Assembly (NCBI RefSeq): GCF_021028975.2 | Contig: NC_059432.1 | Span: forward strand, 77,376,001 to 77,440,000 | Source: Sphaerodactylus townsendi | Lineage: Eukaryota | Direction of reading: 5' to 3' | Length of the DNA: 64,000 bases | In this document: positions 35,197 to 48,370 of the stretch, one piece after another | Numbering within the stretch: the stretch's first letter is position 1 | Layout of the letters: each line of letters begins with the position of its first letter | The notes under the pieces: model-generated | What the model was told of the DNA's origin: nothing | What the model saw: the letters and a program-made list of their open reading frames with translations, nothing else | Databases searched by the model: none | Program-made: the position numbers and the translations under genes

Positions 35197-37142
35197 GAGG
35201 AGAGATTTAAAAATATACATTGAGAATGATGAGTGAGAGAAAAATAAAACCAACACGATGGTTATTTGAATCTGCACAGATCCAATAACCAACCAGAAGT
35301 CCTGCTGGGCAGAAGACCCACCTGGCATCTCCCACATGCTACCAATATTTGGCAAGTACCAGGAAGGGCAGACTAAAATGACAGACAATGGTCAGAAATT
35401 CTTCCACTTTTGAGGCAATCAGATTAACAAGAAAATTCCTTTATGAGAAGCATAAGTTGGAGGGAGAGGCATAAGGTGAATAAGGTGGAGGGAGGGAGAA
35501 ATGACATCTTAACTATAATGGGAAAAAAGCAAGTTGGACAAAAAATCACAGCTGGCCCATAGAAGAACTGATTGACCAACCCATTCTGTAGCAGGGTCCC
35601 CACCCATTGAGCTCACCATTGTCAGATTGGATCCAACTAGATGGCCTCTCTCAACTTGTTCCCAACCCCAAGATCACAAATGCAACCCCGGATAAGTTCA
35701 GAACTGTTGCTTTTTTACATGTTTACTGAGAATTATTGAGTGAGAAAAATCAGCATGACTGGGATCACCGCAAGTGAAAGAATTTATTGTCTAACCAGTT
35801 GAGAAACTTATGCTGAGACTATTCTACAATTTTTAAGTTATATCCAGGAATAGCATTGCAAATTCAGACAAGTTCTCAAAAGAGGCCTTTGCACCAGGTT
35901 CTACTGTCATTATTAAATTTACACATTCTTGTGTTCCATTTGCCAAGATGATGATCTCTGTTGAAGCATGCAGGAAGCACTTCACCGCAGAATATTCTAA
36001 ATGAGGATATATGTATTAATGTCTACTAATACTGGTTCAGATGTTCAACTCTCTTTGGCTGTATACTTAATAATACTGAAAGATCTAGGCTATCTGCTGT
36101 TTTATTTCTTGTGTATGTTTTGAATTAATCACACAGGATTAATATTTGGTATTAATTATCTTCATAGCTTCAGTTCCTGCAAACCCACCAAGAACAAGGG
36201 CTCCTTTCAACTACACTGTTCAATACAGACCTCCTCTTTCTTGAAAGAGGAGCAATGCAAAGGAGATTGTACATTAGATAACACAGATGACATGCAAGAA
36301 ACACACACATCTGGATAAATACAATAGAACAGGGTCATAGCAACAGGAATGTTATTTTCCCTTTGCTTATGTGGAAAAGGTAAAGGATGTGCGTGGGGAA
36401 TTATTGCATAGCATTTGCTCATCATGACCTGTCGTTAAAGTTCTTCATATATCTTTGCACTTTATGGCCAATCCATTCTATATTATTAGCTTGGATCTAC
36501 CTCACACTGGGCAATAAAAGAAGGCCAACTAGAACTGTGGGAAGTAGACAACCATATGAATTGAATTTCTGTATCATATTTACCCAAAGCAGTACCATCC
36601 AGATATGATCTAGTTTCTGAGCCAGTTGAATAACTGAAAATTTTTGTAACCCATGAATATCTGAAATAATTAAAAAAATGGGAGGGAGGAAGAAATATTT
36701 ATTTTCAGGATTATAGTATGTATAAATAGGTGTACCACCTCCAATCCCCCCATTGTTTTTCTTAGATGACAAATGAAATGGAAGACATTCTCAATTGACA
36801 AGCTCATCATACAGTGACAGTTGCATGACACCTGAATACCCTTTTTTCCTCCTTTCTTTCAAGATCCTTTGTTCTAATGATCTTCAGCAGCAGCCTTTAT
36901 TTCTTTAAGGAAACCATAATGGAGACATATTTGTATTTTTCAGCATCCCTGCCCACATTCCTCAAGGTCTTGCTTCAACTGATGCTCTAGCTGCTGTTCT
37001 TCTTTTGAACTTAAGAGCACATGTTGTCCATTCATTAAAATACTGCTAGCCAAGCTTATACTTAGCTGAACACTGTGTCAGTCTCAGTGATGGGGCATCT
37101 TCTACTGTGCTGTTGCTACACTGTGGCCAAACTCAATTGTTC

Positions 37143-37444
37143 AGTGTACTAGCAAAAGTTTTCATGGTTAGAATCAACTGGATGTCGAGGGTTTTCTGGA
37201 CTGTGTGGCCTTGGTCTGGTAGTTTTTGTTCCTAGATACGGTTTGCCTGTTATCTATGACTGGCATCTTCAGAAGCATCTTTAGAGGCAAGATGTGTTTC
37301 TTTCCTACCACACTATCACTTCACACTGTTCCATAGAGAGAAACACATCTTGCCTCTAAAGATGTCAGCCATAGGTGCAGGTGAAAAGTTAACAGCAAAA
37401 ATCACAAACCACAGCCACACAGTCTAGAGACTCACAAATCCAAA
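37143..37444 (-). mobile_element. Fold-back mini Penelope-like element (older)
   Basis: TSD tcaattgttc / tcaactgttc; inverted arms incl. catctttagaggcaagatgtgtttct / agaaacacatcttgcctctaaagatg. Confidence 0.8.
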
Positions 37445-39679
37445 TCAACTGTTCCTTTCTCACCCTGGTCAAATGGGTGAATCATTATTTCCAGTTGTTT
37501 CTGAGCAGTCTGTGGGTGGGGTGGGAAAGAGGCTACCTCACATTCAACATGGTGTGAAAGACAAATGACAATCATAACACCTATAAATACACTGATGAAA
37601 ATGAAACAACAGTTCTACTTGAAAAGGGGCTGTTGGGTCTCAAAGATTATATCATGGTTTTTCTGTTTTTCCAGCTTCACATGTAAATATTATTGCTGCT
37701 ATTTCCCTATACCCATAGTATACATCAAAAGTTTAGTTATACTTCACAGTGGCATGAGCTTAAAGGAAGACTAGACAGCTTATCCATGTGGGCCTTGATT
37801 AGAACTTCATATTTACCACATCATATTTCCCAGACTTCCCAATTGGTGCCACCTGGTAGCTTCGATAATTCTATTTTAAATAAAGCCTCCCACTCAATCA
37901 CTATGTATTTTCAAAAAGATATGATTGTGTTGGAGTTATATTTGGGTTTTCATACAAGGTATATTTACTTTGAACTTGTATTTAACATTTGCAGCATTTA
38001 ACTCCTCTCTTCCCATTATGTAATTAAATCTGCTTTAAATACATGGCTTGTTATAAAGATAGACCTGGTAAGGATAATTTCCTGCATACCAATCTCTGCT
38101 GCTCCTGTGGCTTAGCTATAAAGCCAAATGGCTCTTCTTTCTCCGGTTTTATGTCAGGGTTATAGATTGTGAAATCTCTATTAAACTCAGATATAAACCT
38201 GTAAGGAAAATAATTAACCACATGAAAAAGGGGTGCTAAGAGGTCTTCATGATTAATTTCCTTAAGAAGTGATTCTGACTCAGACTGACTGAGTAATCCA
38301 GATATATTTTCCTGGCTGTGTATTTTGTGTTGTGGCAAACAATGCACTTACTTTTATCCACAGCTAAAGGACATATTTTTACACATAATATAAATCATAC
38401 CACTATAGCCATCTTTTATAGCAAAGAGCATCTAAATGTGGAACACAGAGTCTTGTATGAATGGTTTGTGATGGAGTTGTTCAGGATAATTCCAATGAGT
38501 TTTGAAAATATATATATATAAAAGGAAGCAATAAGGAGCAGCCCTGATGGGATAATGGTATCCAACCATGTCTAAAAGGATAACCTGAACTGTGAGTTTG
38601 GTCTCTATAACTTACTAAGGCATGAATCCAAAACATGAAGGCAGAATGAAATATAAGACTACCTTATGAAAGGCTCCTGTGCTGATCTGTCCCAATTCTC
38701 TCAAGAGCCAGAATCATTTTCTCAAAAGCTAATGGCATCATGTACCGTTCATGAGTAAATCAGTTCCATACACGATCCTTCCTATATATAGAACTGGCAA
38801 ATAAAATTATTCAGCTCCAGGAGTGGTTGTGCTTTTACTCCCGGACTTCAAATGAGCAAAGAAAAACATTTAAGTTCACAATATCCATTGAAGTGGTTTC
38901 TAAATCTTTGCAGAGATTTGGATACTTTGCACAGATACAACAAATAGGGCCTAGGTAGGATATTTTATACAATATCCACTTTAGAAAGGTGGATGCTTTC
39001 TGTGGGGAAAACAACTTTGTGTGGATATGGTAGGTATGTAACTTTCTGAAGCGTATTTAGAATTGCAAGCAGCTGAATGGCGATCCATTTTAAGAAATTG
39101 TGCTTGGCTGTTAGCTATGGATGTTTTAAAAAATGCTCTAACGATTTGGCTATAGCTACAGTGACTGTCAAACTGATTTAACTGGAACAGTTAAATACTG
39201 TTCAAAGATTATTTGCAAAACACCAGAATAAAATATTTTCTATACTCTTACAGTAACAGCAAGGAAAAGTTAAGCATTTCCATTCTTTTATAGTGATGCT
39301 TCTTGGGAACTGTTAATGTAGACAGTGAGTTAGACTAGCACTGTTGGTTTAGGCATTTCTTTGGAATAAATGAGTGCGTTGAGGACACTGATCCATTAGC
39401 CTTGTACCAGCCTTCCCACATGAAACAAACTTGCTAGGATGAGTCTACCAGAAAATACCTCAGCATGCATGTGATTCAGTGCTCTGAAAAATGGAGGTCT
39501 TCATATGGCATGCATAAGAAATTACTTCTGCCTATGTGTGCATGTAGGATTTCATGCAAATATGACTTTTCAAAGTGTGGAGTTTAGAGTTTGTGAAGAT
39601 CTGTTTGTTTCTACCCAAAGGAACACTGAAGCAGGAACTATGTCATGATGGGTTGTGAAAGTCGTGTCACATAATACTT

Positions 39680-39865
39680 GCGCTGACCTGGATAGCCTAG
39701 GCTAGCCTGATCTTGTCAGATCTCAGAAGCTAAACAGGGTTGACCCTGGCTAGTAGTGGATCATGGAAAATCTCCAAGGAATACCTGGGCAATGTAGCAA
39801 TGGCAAATTACATTTGAATGTCTCTTGTCTTGAAAATTGTACAGGGTTTTCAGCTGTGATTCAAC
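39680..39865 (+). mobile_element. 5S rRNA-derived SINE
   Basis: cctgatcttgtcagatctcagaagctaaacagggtt...ctggctagta; tail tctcttgtcttgaaaa. Confidence 0.75.
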
Positions 39866-39988
39866 AGTAATAAAACAGTGTTAAATGATGAAACCAAATG
39901 GGACAAAACATTCACTATAGTTGTATAATGCACAGAATGTTGGACATGGACTGGAGAGATCTGCATTCAAATTCTGGGTTGGAAAAAA

Positions 39989-40115
39989 TTGGCCACACTC
40001 ATCCATGCACCTCCTCCTCCTCCTCCTCTAATTATATCAAGATTAGACTACTGTAATGTGCTTGATATAAGGGAGCCTTTGAAGATAGTTTATAGGATCT
40101 GGCTAATACGAAATA
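39989..40115 (+). mobile_element. L2 ORF2 fragment
   Basis: LATLIHA(P)nLIISRLDYCNVL matches the L2 SRLDYCN motif; (CCT)n expansion inside. Confidence 0.8.
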
Positions 40116-40495
40116 CTCATGATGCCACAGATTTCACAGCAAACCAGTCAGCAGTAAAACACACCCTGTTCAACACTCACAATCAGATTGAAAGGCTGAA
40201 AGGCAGTCAGACAATTGGTCTGATCAGCTTGCATCAAGCCCATCAAACACTTGTTTGTAGCTGCCTGTTGGTTAGAAGCTGACTCCAAGCTGACTGGGAA
40301 ATCAATTGAGAGTCAGGTTCTGGTTTCCTAGAACTTTGCTGTACTATAATCTTGTCATGCTGGGAAACAGGAAAGCTTCACAGGTAATTGGAAGCTGTCT
40401 TACAACAGATCTGGGATCACCTGGGAATGGGCTTCTGATCTAACCTCCCCTGAAAAATTGCTACACAGTGTCATTGGAGATCAGAAATAATCTCT

Positions 40496-41025
40496 GGCCC
40501 TTTCTGCATGGGCCTCTATGCGCCCTCACACCGGCAAGAATTCTGCAGGTGTGGGGGTGGAGGCCGTTCGCACGCAAGCGTGTGAGCGGCCCCAGCAGAG
40601 GCCGGCGCAGGAGAAGCGGCTCCGCACGGAGCCGCCTCTTCCCCGTCCCTCTCCCACTTACCTCGTCGCTGTTGTTGCCCTGCTGTCCTCCTAAGCCCCA
40701 CCCATGCTGCCCTCCGACCTCCAGGGGTTGGAGGACAGCGAGGGAGAGTTTTAGGAAGACAGCAGGGCGACGACGGTGACGAGGTAAGTGGGAGAGGGAC
40801 GGGGAAACAGCGTGTTCCTGGCGATGCTGTTCGCACCGCGCCGCCGGGAACACGCTGTTTACTCAAAAACTACCCTTTAAATGGCCTGACGCCACCCTGA
40901 GGGAGGGGAAGGGGAGCCAGGTCGGCGCTGCTGCGTTTCAGCAGTGCTGCCTGTGCGAACGGCGGCCTGGGGACGGCGTTTTTGCTGTCCCCAGGCCGCC
41001 GTTTTTGGCCTGTGCGGAAAGGGCC
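40496..41025. mobile_element. PIF/Harbinger-like MITE
   Basis: TIRs ggccctttctgcatgggcc / ggcctgtgcggaaagggcc; TSD tct; right third closely similar to 9570-9710. Confidence 0.88.
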
Positions 41026-41699
41026 TCTGATTTCCAAGCTGCAAAAGAAGATGAGTTCAAGCTCCAAAATTGAGATCTTGAGGTGTATAGAAACGGAGTG
41101 ATCTCTTCCTTTTCTTTATAGTTCAAATTGACATCTGAAGTGCAGAGAAGAGAAATCAGCTGAGCACCTCTCCCAATTTGCTGCATCTCGGAAAGTCTGG
41201 GAGGAAGGTCCTAATTCCCTACTTCTTTTTTTAAAAAATCTTTGCAGTGTACAGAACAAAATTTCCCCAGCAAAATCAATGAGGGTCAGCCTCTGATGGT
41301 TGCAAAGAGCCTAGTCCTGCAAATAATTGAAAACAACTGAAGCTGTTGCCCATCAGTTAATTGTCTGATCACTCCTGGTAAATGAGCTATAAACTGAATT
41401 GACAGATGATTGAGTGGCCCTACAAGATACTGACTCAAGATTGCTGATGGTTACAAATAAAAATAAACTGGCTACCTATGGGATACAATTATAAAACTAT
41501 TTACGTTGTGGGAAAAGGGCTTTTAAGGACTGGCTGCTTTCCTCTGAACCAGCCAGAACAAGTAATCTACTAAACCCCACTCAGTGGGCTCCTACCTTCT
41601 GAGAAAAGGTGATTAGTCACTGAAGATAGTGAATTTACAATTGTGGTATCTCATCTATGGGAACATCCAACCCACTGCTGACCATCTGGCTTTGAAAGG

Positions 41700-41900
41700 A
41701 GAACAGGCCGATTCATGAAAGCTAAATCCATCTATGTCTACTAGTCATTAAGATTAAGGGAACTTTCACCTCCAGAAGCTTCTGAATACCAATGCAGGAA
41801 AGCAACATAAGGGGTGTGCTTTAGTCACTAAACCCTGTTTGTCAGTCCTTCCAGGTGAAGTGGTTGTCCACTGTGAAACAAGATACAAGATTACATGCAC
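41700..41900 (+). mobile_element. Decayed CR1 3' UTR
   Basis: tccatctatgtctactag...cttctgaataccaatgcagg...ggttgtccactgtgaaaca. Confidence 0.55.
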
Positions 41901-42590
41901 AACAAAGCATGCACAACAAAGAACCTTTTTTGTTCTTTTATATGCCTAATTTCAAGCCCCATGTTAAAATCTGGCTAGTTTTGATATGGTTTGCTGGGGT
42001 ATTTCCTCCTTTTTTTCACTGCAGATGTGACTTTTTACTTGATATTATGAATAATAAATGATATTTTAATCCTGCAAATTGACTTTTACTGTCAACTTGG
42101 GAAGGAACGATCAGAAAGTACCCTGAGGCATCAACAGTGATGGATGGTAGGTCTGGAACAGTGTAACACTGGCTGCCCAGCTAGGTGTGGACTGGCAAGG
42201 AGCAGCCCTCATCTGAGCAACATATTTCTGAACCTGATAGTAGCCATGTGATGTATCAGGGGAATGGTGAAGGGCACCTCTCAGCACATTGTGTGCAGGT
42301 GATTATAAATTAGGTAAGCGGAAGTCACAGACTTAGCTCATACCTACCTAGGTTGAAAGTTAACATAGGACAACATATGTGGCATACATTGTGAGAACTT
42401 ATGAGCAGCTCCACATGCTTTTACAACTGAGGTATAATTGAAGGTGCTTGACACTCCTTCTGTGATTGCCTCTTTTTTATTATCTCAAGGAGGTAGAATT
42501 TTCATGTATGTTTTCTTGGAGTCCCACATATTCTCCTTCCCACCAGAAGCTATTTTTGCCAATGGACAATATATATATATATATGATGTT

Positions 42591-42592
<2 letters not shown>

Positions 42593-42642
<50 letters not shown>
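42593..42642. repeat. (TA)25 microsatellite
   Basis: Direct reading; sits at the Helitron 5' end. Confidence 0.97.
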
Positions 42643-42645
<3 letters not shown>

Positions 42646-43165
42646 CTAAATGTGTGTTGGTCCCTGATGGTCTCCCTCAGAAGCTGCTGGACAGATCGCC
42701 ACCAAATTTTCACAGGACGTCCCTCCCTGTTCTGGGCAGGTAATCAGACCTTCAAATCACCGAAAGTCCATACCTGAGCCAGGTAAAATGTCTTTTTCCT
42801 GGCACACCAGGCCATGAATCAGGCTGTGTTTAACTGTCACCCTTAGAATGTCCGTGCAGCATGTCTGTGGCCTGAGGGGTTGGTATGCCCTTAGAATGTT
42901 CGCGCAGATGGCCAGAGATGAGCACTGAAAACAGTAAATAGTTAATACTGGTAAGTAATATGAGTGGAAGTGAAACACATACACACTTTGCCGTGTGAGA
43001 CGTCAGGTGGGGTTCCCCCCCCCTCACATGCAGGTAACTTTCACTCTCTGTGCCTCACCCACTACTACCACACAACACACATTGGACCTGTATGGATATC
43101 TGTGTGGGTTGTGGACTGTGATGAGAAGGACAATTGCCACAGCAATACGTGGCTGGGCCCGCTAG
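42593..43165 (+). mobile_element. Non-autonomous Helitron, internally shorter copy
   Basis: Reverse-complement match to 20975-21370 and 20418-20504; hairpin gccacagcaatacgtggc then CTAG|T at 43162-43166. Confidence 0.85.
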
Positions 43166-45711
43166 TATTATACAAAGACTTAGAAAAACAACCTGTGCTG
43201 AATCATGAATAGCATTCTGAAAATCAGCACAGAAGCAATTTGATTTCTGAGCTGCCTCAACGTAAGTTGTAAGTAAACCTGTTATTTTTATTCTGACATC
43301 ATCACCAATTAAAATAAAAAATGGAGAATGACCAAAAAGAAGTTACAATAATTCTGTAGACTACAAGCTGAAGAGAGCTCTATTATCTCTGTATAAATAG
43401 ACAGATGCTTAATTTTAGAAAGGGTTTTTACTCCTATGCACCATTTGTTTTTGCTTTTGCTTTACTGAGGGAAGGCAGCTTTGCCCCCGCACGTGGCAGG
43501 AGTGGTGGAAATCAAACCTAACTATACCAACATCAGAAACAGATGTGGAAGCCAGGGCTGTGCCAGACCAAACAATTTATTAAAGGCAATCCATTGTGAT
43601 GCCAAGACAAATATATTTCACCCAGATCAGTCATTTCAAGCTCACTGGAACCAACCAGAGCAAATAACCATGAAGAAATAGAAGTTTGGAGGATAATGAT
43701 TCTGTGTGTTGGACTGAAACATACTTCTCCCTAAGGAAGTTATAAGGGGTTTACAATACAATTTGGGGTGGCAGATGAGTACAGTTCTTTACCCAATCAA
43801 TTAGGCTTCCGTGTTGCTATTCCACTTGAGTAGTTATATTGGGACTTGGGATATCCAAAATTGTGCTAGATTGAAATCACTTTGCTCCAGATTTGGCTGC
43901 ACTTGTCTATCTGGTGTTGCCATTGCCACAAAGGATCCAAAGTGTAAAGTCTGAAAATTGGTGCTTCTCATTGTATAGGACAATATATCAACAATTCAGA
44001 AAGCTTTCACTTAAATTAAGTGGATAACAAATAACAAACTTAAATTTTAATTTCTGACATCTGCCTGAATGAAGAAGGAAATAGCATTTGTTTGCACAAA
44101 TGAACACATAATATACATACAACTAAAATCACCCCTTGCTATTGCTCCTAAAGAACAGTACAATTATTTCAGTCTCACTGTTCATGTGGAATTATAAAAT
44201 TCATGAAGAAAACACCCCAAATATTCTTCTCTGAGACTTAACAGGATGCTAGACTAGATGGATTGCTGATCAGATCTAGTAAGGCATCTTTTTTGTTCTT
44301 GTATCAACTAAAATTGAAGTTAAACATTTTGTCAAATTTAGCAAGTTTGTTTGTAACCATGTGTGTTCAGTTTGATCTTATTCCTTATATATACATATTG
44401 TTGTAAAGTATACCTACACACACAGAGAGAGATGTGTGTGTGTCTGTAAAGTTATACCTACACTGGCCATTTCTTATTATACACCTGATGTCCTATTACA
44501 GTGACACTCCACAGCTCCATCTCTGTCATGAGTCCTGCACAGCAAGAAATCTCATAGCTTACCTGTTTTTCTGGCAGCAGTGCTTCAAGATGGGAACCAT
44601 CTGCCAATCACAAGCCCTCCCACTTTGCCTTGCCTACTTTGTTAAAACATAGGCCTGGTGCCATATTGGGGAATGGTGTTTCAAAGAGCCACAACAGGTG
44701 GCACAACAGTCTCACATGGCTTCTGAACCACTGAGTAGCACTATCCTCAAAGCACAATCATAAGACATAGAGAAAACAAAAGAAATGCAGTTTCATTTTT
44801 ATTAAAACTTTGTTTTTAAACATCAAAGGTTTCAGTTAAAATTTTAGAGGAAAGAAGCCTGGTTTTTTAATCAAGAGCAATTGATGGTTCCTATAAATTC
44901 CATAATTTGTACATGTCTGCTTTATTTCTATTTTAACTCATCCCCTCACTTAAATAAAAAACCCTAACAGAGTCCAGGTTGCTTGACTAGAAGAGTTACT
45001 GCCATATGGTCATATGAGTAAAATGTAATAAAAAGATGAATGGACCTGAGATGCTATAATGTATGATCATTAATTTTAATTTCTGCCTGACATCAATTTT
45101 TGATCCATGTCTATTCCTTCCCTTTAGCTAGAATGATCTTCAACTACAATGACTAGAACAAACATTGTTCTTGAATGCAGTGTGCTTTGCTTTAGCTCAA
45201 TGAGCAAAATCTTGACCTGATAGTTTTCCATGAATCCCCTTCCCCTTTAACTGTGGTAAACTGAGAAACTGAGGTACATACAGCTAAAATCTTAATCAAG
45301 GATGTGGTTGGTCTTCATTGAAATTAATATAATTGCACCAAGCAATGTGCTGTATTTATAATTTATACATTATGAAGATTTGCAAAGGGGTCAGAATAGA
45401 AGGACATTGGAAGAATCCAAGAGGACTGGTCCACTTAGTTCCACATAAGACAAAACCTGACCCTATCGTTATCACCCAGCAACTGGAATTCCAAGGTATA
45501 TGGCCTCTAAATATATAAATATAGAACATCCATTCAGCCATCATGACTAAAAATCTTCATTCCTCGAACAAGATACAAAACTAGTGCAAAGCAAAGCAAA
45601 AGCACGAAACAATGTTGCAAGACATTATTGCAATCATCACAATACTGCCCTTGGTTGTTGTTTAACTGGAATGCAGGTGGAGATTCTAATAAAAAGAGAG
45701 ATTAAACATTG

Positions 45712-45922
45712 TATTGTCAAAGGCTTTCATGACCAGAATCACTGGGATGCTGTGTGGTTTCCGGGCTGTATGGCTGTGTTCTAGTAGCATTTTCTCCTGA
45801 CGTTTCGCCTGCATCTGTAGCTGGCATCTTCAGAGGAGATGCCTGCTACAGATGCAGGTGAAACATCAGGACAAAATGCTACTAGAACACGGCCATACAG
45901 CCCGGAAACCACACAACACCCC
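45712..45922 (-). mobile_element. Fold-back mini Penelope-like element
   Basis: Perfect 13-bp TSD agattaaacattg (45699-45711, 45923-45935); about 80-bp inverted arms. Confidence 0.92.
45794..45838 (-). ncRNA. Minimal type-I hammerhead ribozyme (Penelope-associated)
   Basis: Minus strand CUCCU-CUGAAGA-U-GCC(agcuacagaugca)GGC-GAAAC-GUC-AGGAG: full core, 5-bp stem I, GUC site, loopless ACGU stem III. Confidence 0.8.
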
Positions 45923-46675
45923 AGATTAAACATTGCTCTGAAGAGAAGAGTGAGATACAGTGAAATCCAGGGACATATCTGTGGAAAACAGCGCCAAGGG
46001 CAAGCACTGAATGGCCCTTTCCCACCTCCTGCAGCCTGTCCAGGTTCATTGTTAAACTGCATGCACTGCCACCTGACTTTGAAGATGGAGCTTTGCGGGT
46101 GGAACCTGCAATATAAAGCCAGACCAGGCCAGGTGGAGTCCACAGTTCAATACTAGGTCCAGCTAGGTCCCAGTTTTAAACTGCCTTCCAATTCCATGTG
46201 GACTTTGAAGATGGTGCCTGCAGTTTAAAGCTGGACCTGTCAGGGCAGAGTGAAGTTCTTGGCAAGAAGGAGGCTGGGTGAAAAAGCTGCCCTCCCCTTC
46301 CAATGACACCCAAAGCATGCGCCCTGAAGCAAGAAAATGAAAAGCTGGCCCAGGATGGAAATTCCCGGGGTAGAAGTCCAGAACCAAAAAAAACCTAAAG
46401 AGCAGTGTGGATGACGCATGGATTTCCAGGACCAATTTGTTGGGAGGAAATTCAGTGATTCAATAACAATGTGTGTAGAAGTTCCAGTGATTGGTTCTAG
46501 AGTGAAAATGAATATTACTTTAGGTTATAATCCCACAAATTAGAGTCAATTACTCCTGGACATGAGGGAGTTTCTGCAGGCTTAGTGTGTTCTTTAGATC
46601 ATTCCTGCATTCAGGTTGCTCCCGTGCTAGTTCAGGGCTCCTGTAATATCTAATCACTGTTAAAAACTGTTTAAC

Positions 46676-47047
46676 AATCAGATCCAAAGGGGAGGGATCA
46701 CGTTGTGGAAGCAGTGCACACCTGTGCCGGTGGTATTTATCTCAGCAGAGGGGCAGAAATGCCAGTGGGCAGCTGTTGCCATGCCTGGCAGTGCCAGTAT
46801 GTAACACCCAGCATCGTGTCAATGCTCCCATGCCACCACTACCTGCGTTGATGCAATAGGGGCATGGTGGGGGCTGTCCCCCTGGTTTGCAACAATTATG
46901 CTCTTGGACTTATACAACACTTTTGAGTGGTGTAAGTCCACTGTGCCCAATGGACAGCTTTGCAGCAGTGCTTTTTTCCTTTGTTGTTTGCCTCCCCATA
47001 CCACTGGAAAGCTCTCTTGGAGGCAGCAAGGCTCTGGATAGGGCTGT
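46676..47047 (-). mobile_element. Unclassified non-autonomous repeat; paralog of 1060-1480
   Basis: See 1060-1480; ends ggatagggctg. Confidence 0.6.
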
Positions 47048-47059
47048 GAGTTAGTTTCA

Positions 47060-47450
47060 GGAGCCTCAGAGTGCAGAGTGGTGAATTGCAGTACTGCAGT
47101 TAAAACTCTGCTCATGACCTGAGTATGATCCTGGCTGTTGGCTTCAGGCAGTGGCGTAGTGCCAAGGAGGAAGGGGGATGTACCAGGCGCACAGCCCAGC
47201 TGGGGCGTGGAGGAGGCCTGGTGTGGCAGAGACAGATGGGTTGTGGCAGGGGTGCAAGGCGAACACATGCCCTGGGTGCTGTTCTCCCTTGCTCCGCCCC
47301 TGGCTTCAGGTAGCTGGTTCAAGGTTGAATTAGACTTCTATCCTTCCCCAGTTGATAAAATGAGTACCTTGCTAGGGGTAAAGTGTAGATGACTGGGGAA
47401 GGCAATGGCAAACTATTATTTTAACAGTCTGTTCACCCTGAGACTGTGGT
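47060..47450 (+). mobile_element. Sauria SINE interrupted by a hAT MITE
   Basis: Head gtgcagagtggt...gcagtactgcagt; tcaaggttga...aaaatgagtacc; tail gactggggaaggcaatggcaaac. Confidence 0.8.
47149..47302. mobile_element. hAT MITE, 154 bp
   Basis: Perfect 8-bp TSD gcttcagg (47141-47148, 47303-47310); TIRs cagtggcgtag / ctccgcccctg. Confidence 0.9.
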
Positions 47451-48182
47451 AAAGGACAGGAAATAAATGCAAAACCAACAAACAGACATCTAATAAATGT
47501 TGTGATGTGATGTCATACCATGCTTTGTAATGAGCCAGTGCTTGTACAGGAGAGTCACTTTTACCTTTAAAGTTTTATAAGTTACTTGCGTGCTATGTAA
47601 AATGTGTCTGATGTGAATCTCTTGCCTTTCATCTGCATGGCTTGCCCATTCATTCTGATTAGTATTCTTAAATGTGGTATACCCCCAAATTATTTCCAGA
47701 TTCATACTGATTGAGGGATACATATGTGGCTGTGTATTTTCTGAATTTCTGATTTGCATCCAATTTACTAGCTACTGCATTGGCTGATAATAATGGCAGG
47801 TGACAGCAACTGAAGGAACAGCCAACAGGAAAGAGAACAGTGTTCTCTGCTTCCTTCTTTCTTGCCTTCTCCCACTCTTCCTCACTGTTTCAGCAGTGTC
47901 CAAGGCTTTACAGATCAGAATCAAAGAGCAGGTATCTTGAGTGTGTGAGCTGTCCTGTGGATTTCCATAGGGCACAATCTTATACCTTTGCTACTCAGCC
48001 TCTATGTAAAACCTTTAGAAGAAAATATTCATTGCTTCAGAACTGTATGCTATCAATATACTGATGACATCCTACTCTATTTTTTTCTGTAAATCTTCTG
48101 GTGATGAGATATAGGTCTCGAGCCACTGCCTAACTGTTGTTGTCAAATAGCTGCAATCAAACTGAAACTGAACCAAGATGTG

Positions 48183-48370
48183 GGGGTAAGTTTGCCAGGT
48201 AGAGAAACTCCTGGAGATCTTGGGATGGAGCCTGGGGAGGACAAGTACCTCTATGAGACACAATGCCATAGAGTCCACCCTCCAAAGCATCCATTTTCTC
48301 CAGGGGAAATGATTTCTGTAATTTTGGAATAAACTGTAATTCCAGGGAATTCTCAGGCTGGCATCCCTAA
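48183..48370 (+). mobile_element. agggttgcc-TIR interspersed repeat
   Basis: aatgccatagagtccaccctccaaagcatccattttctccaggggaaatgatttctgta...ggcatcccta. Confidence 0.75.

Noticed and set aside
34993-35388. ORFs spanning the N run
   Set aside because: Artefacts of the assembly gap
42438-42777. ORFs with (YI)n tracts
   Set aside because: Translation of the (TA)n microsatellite
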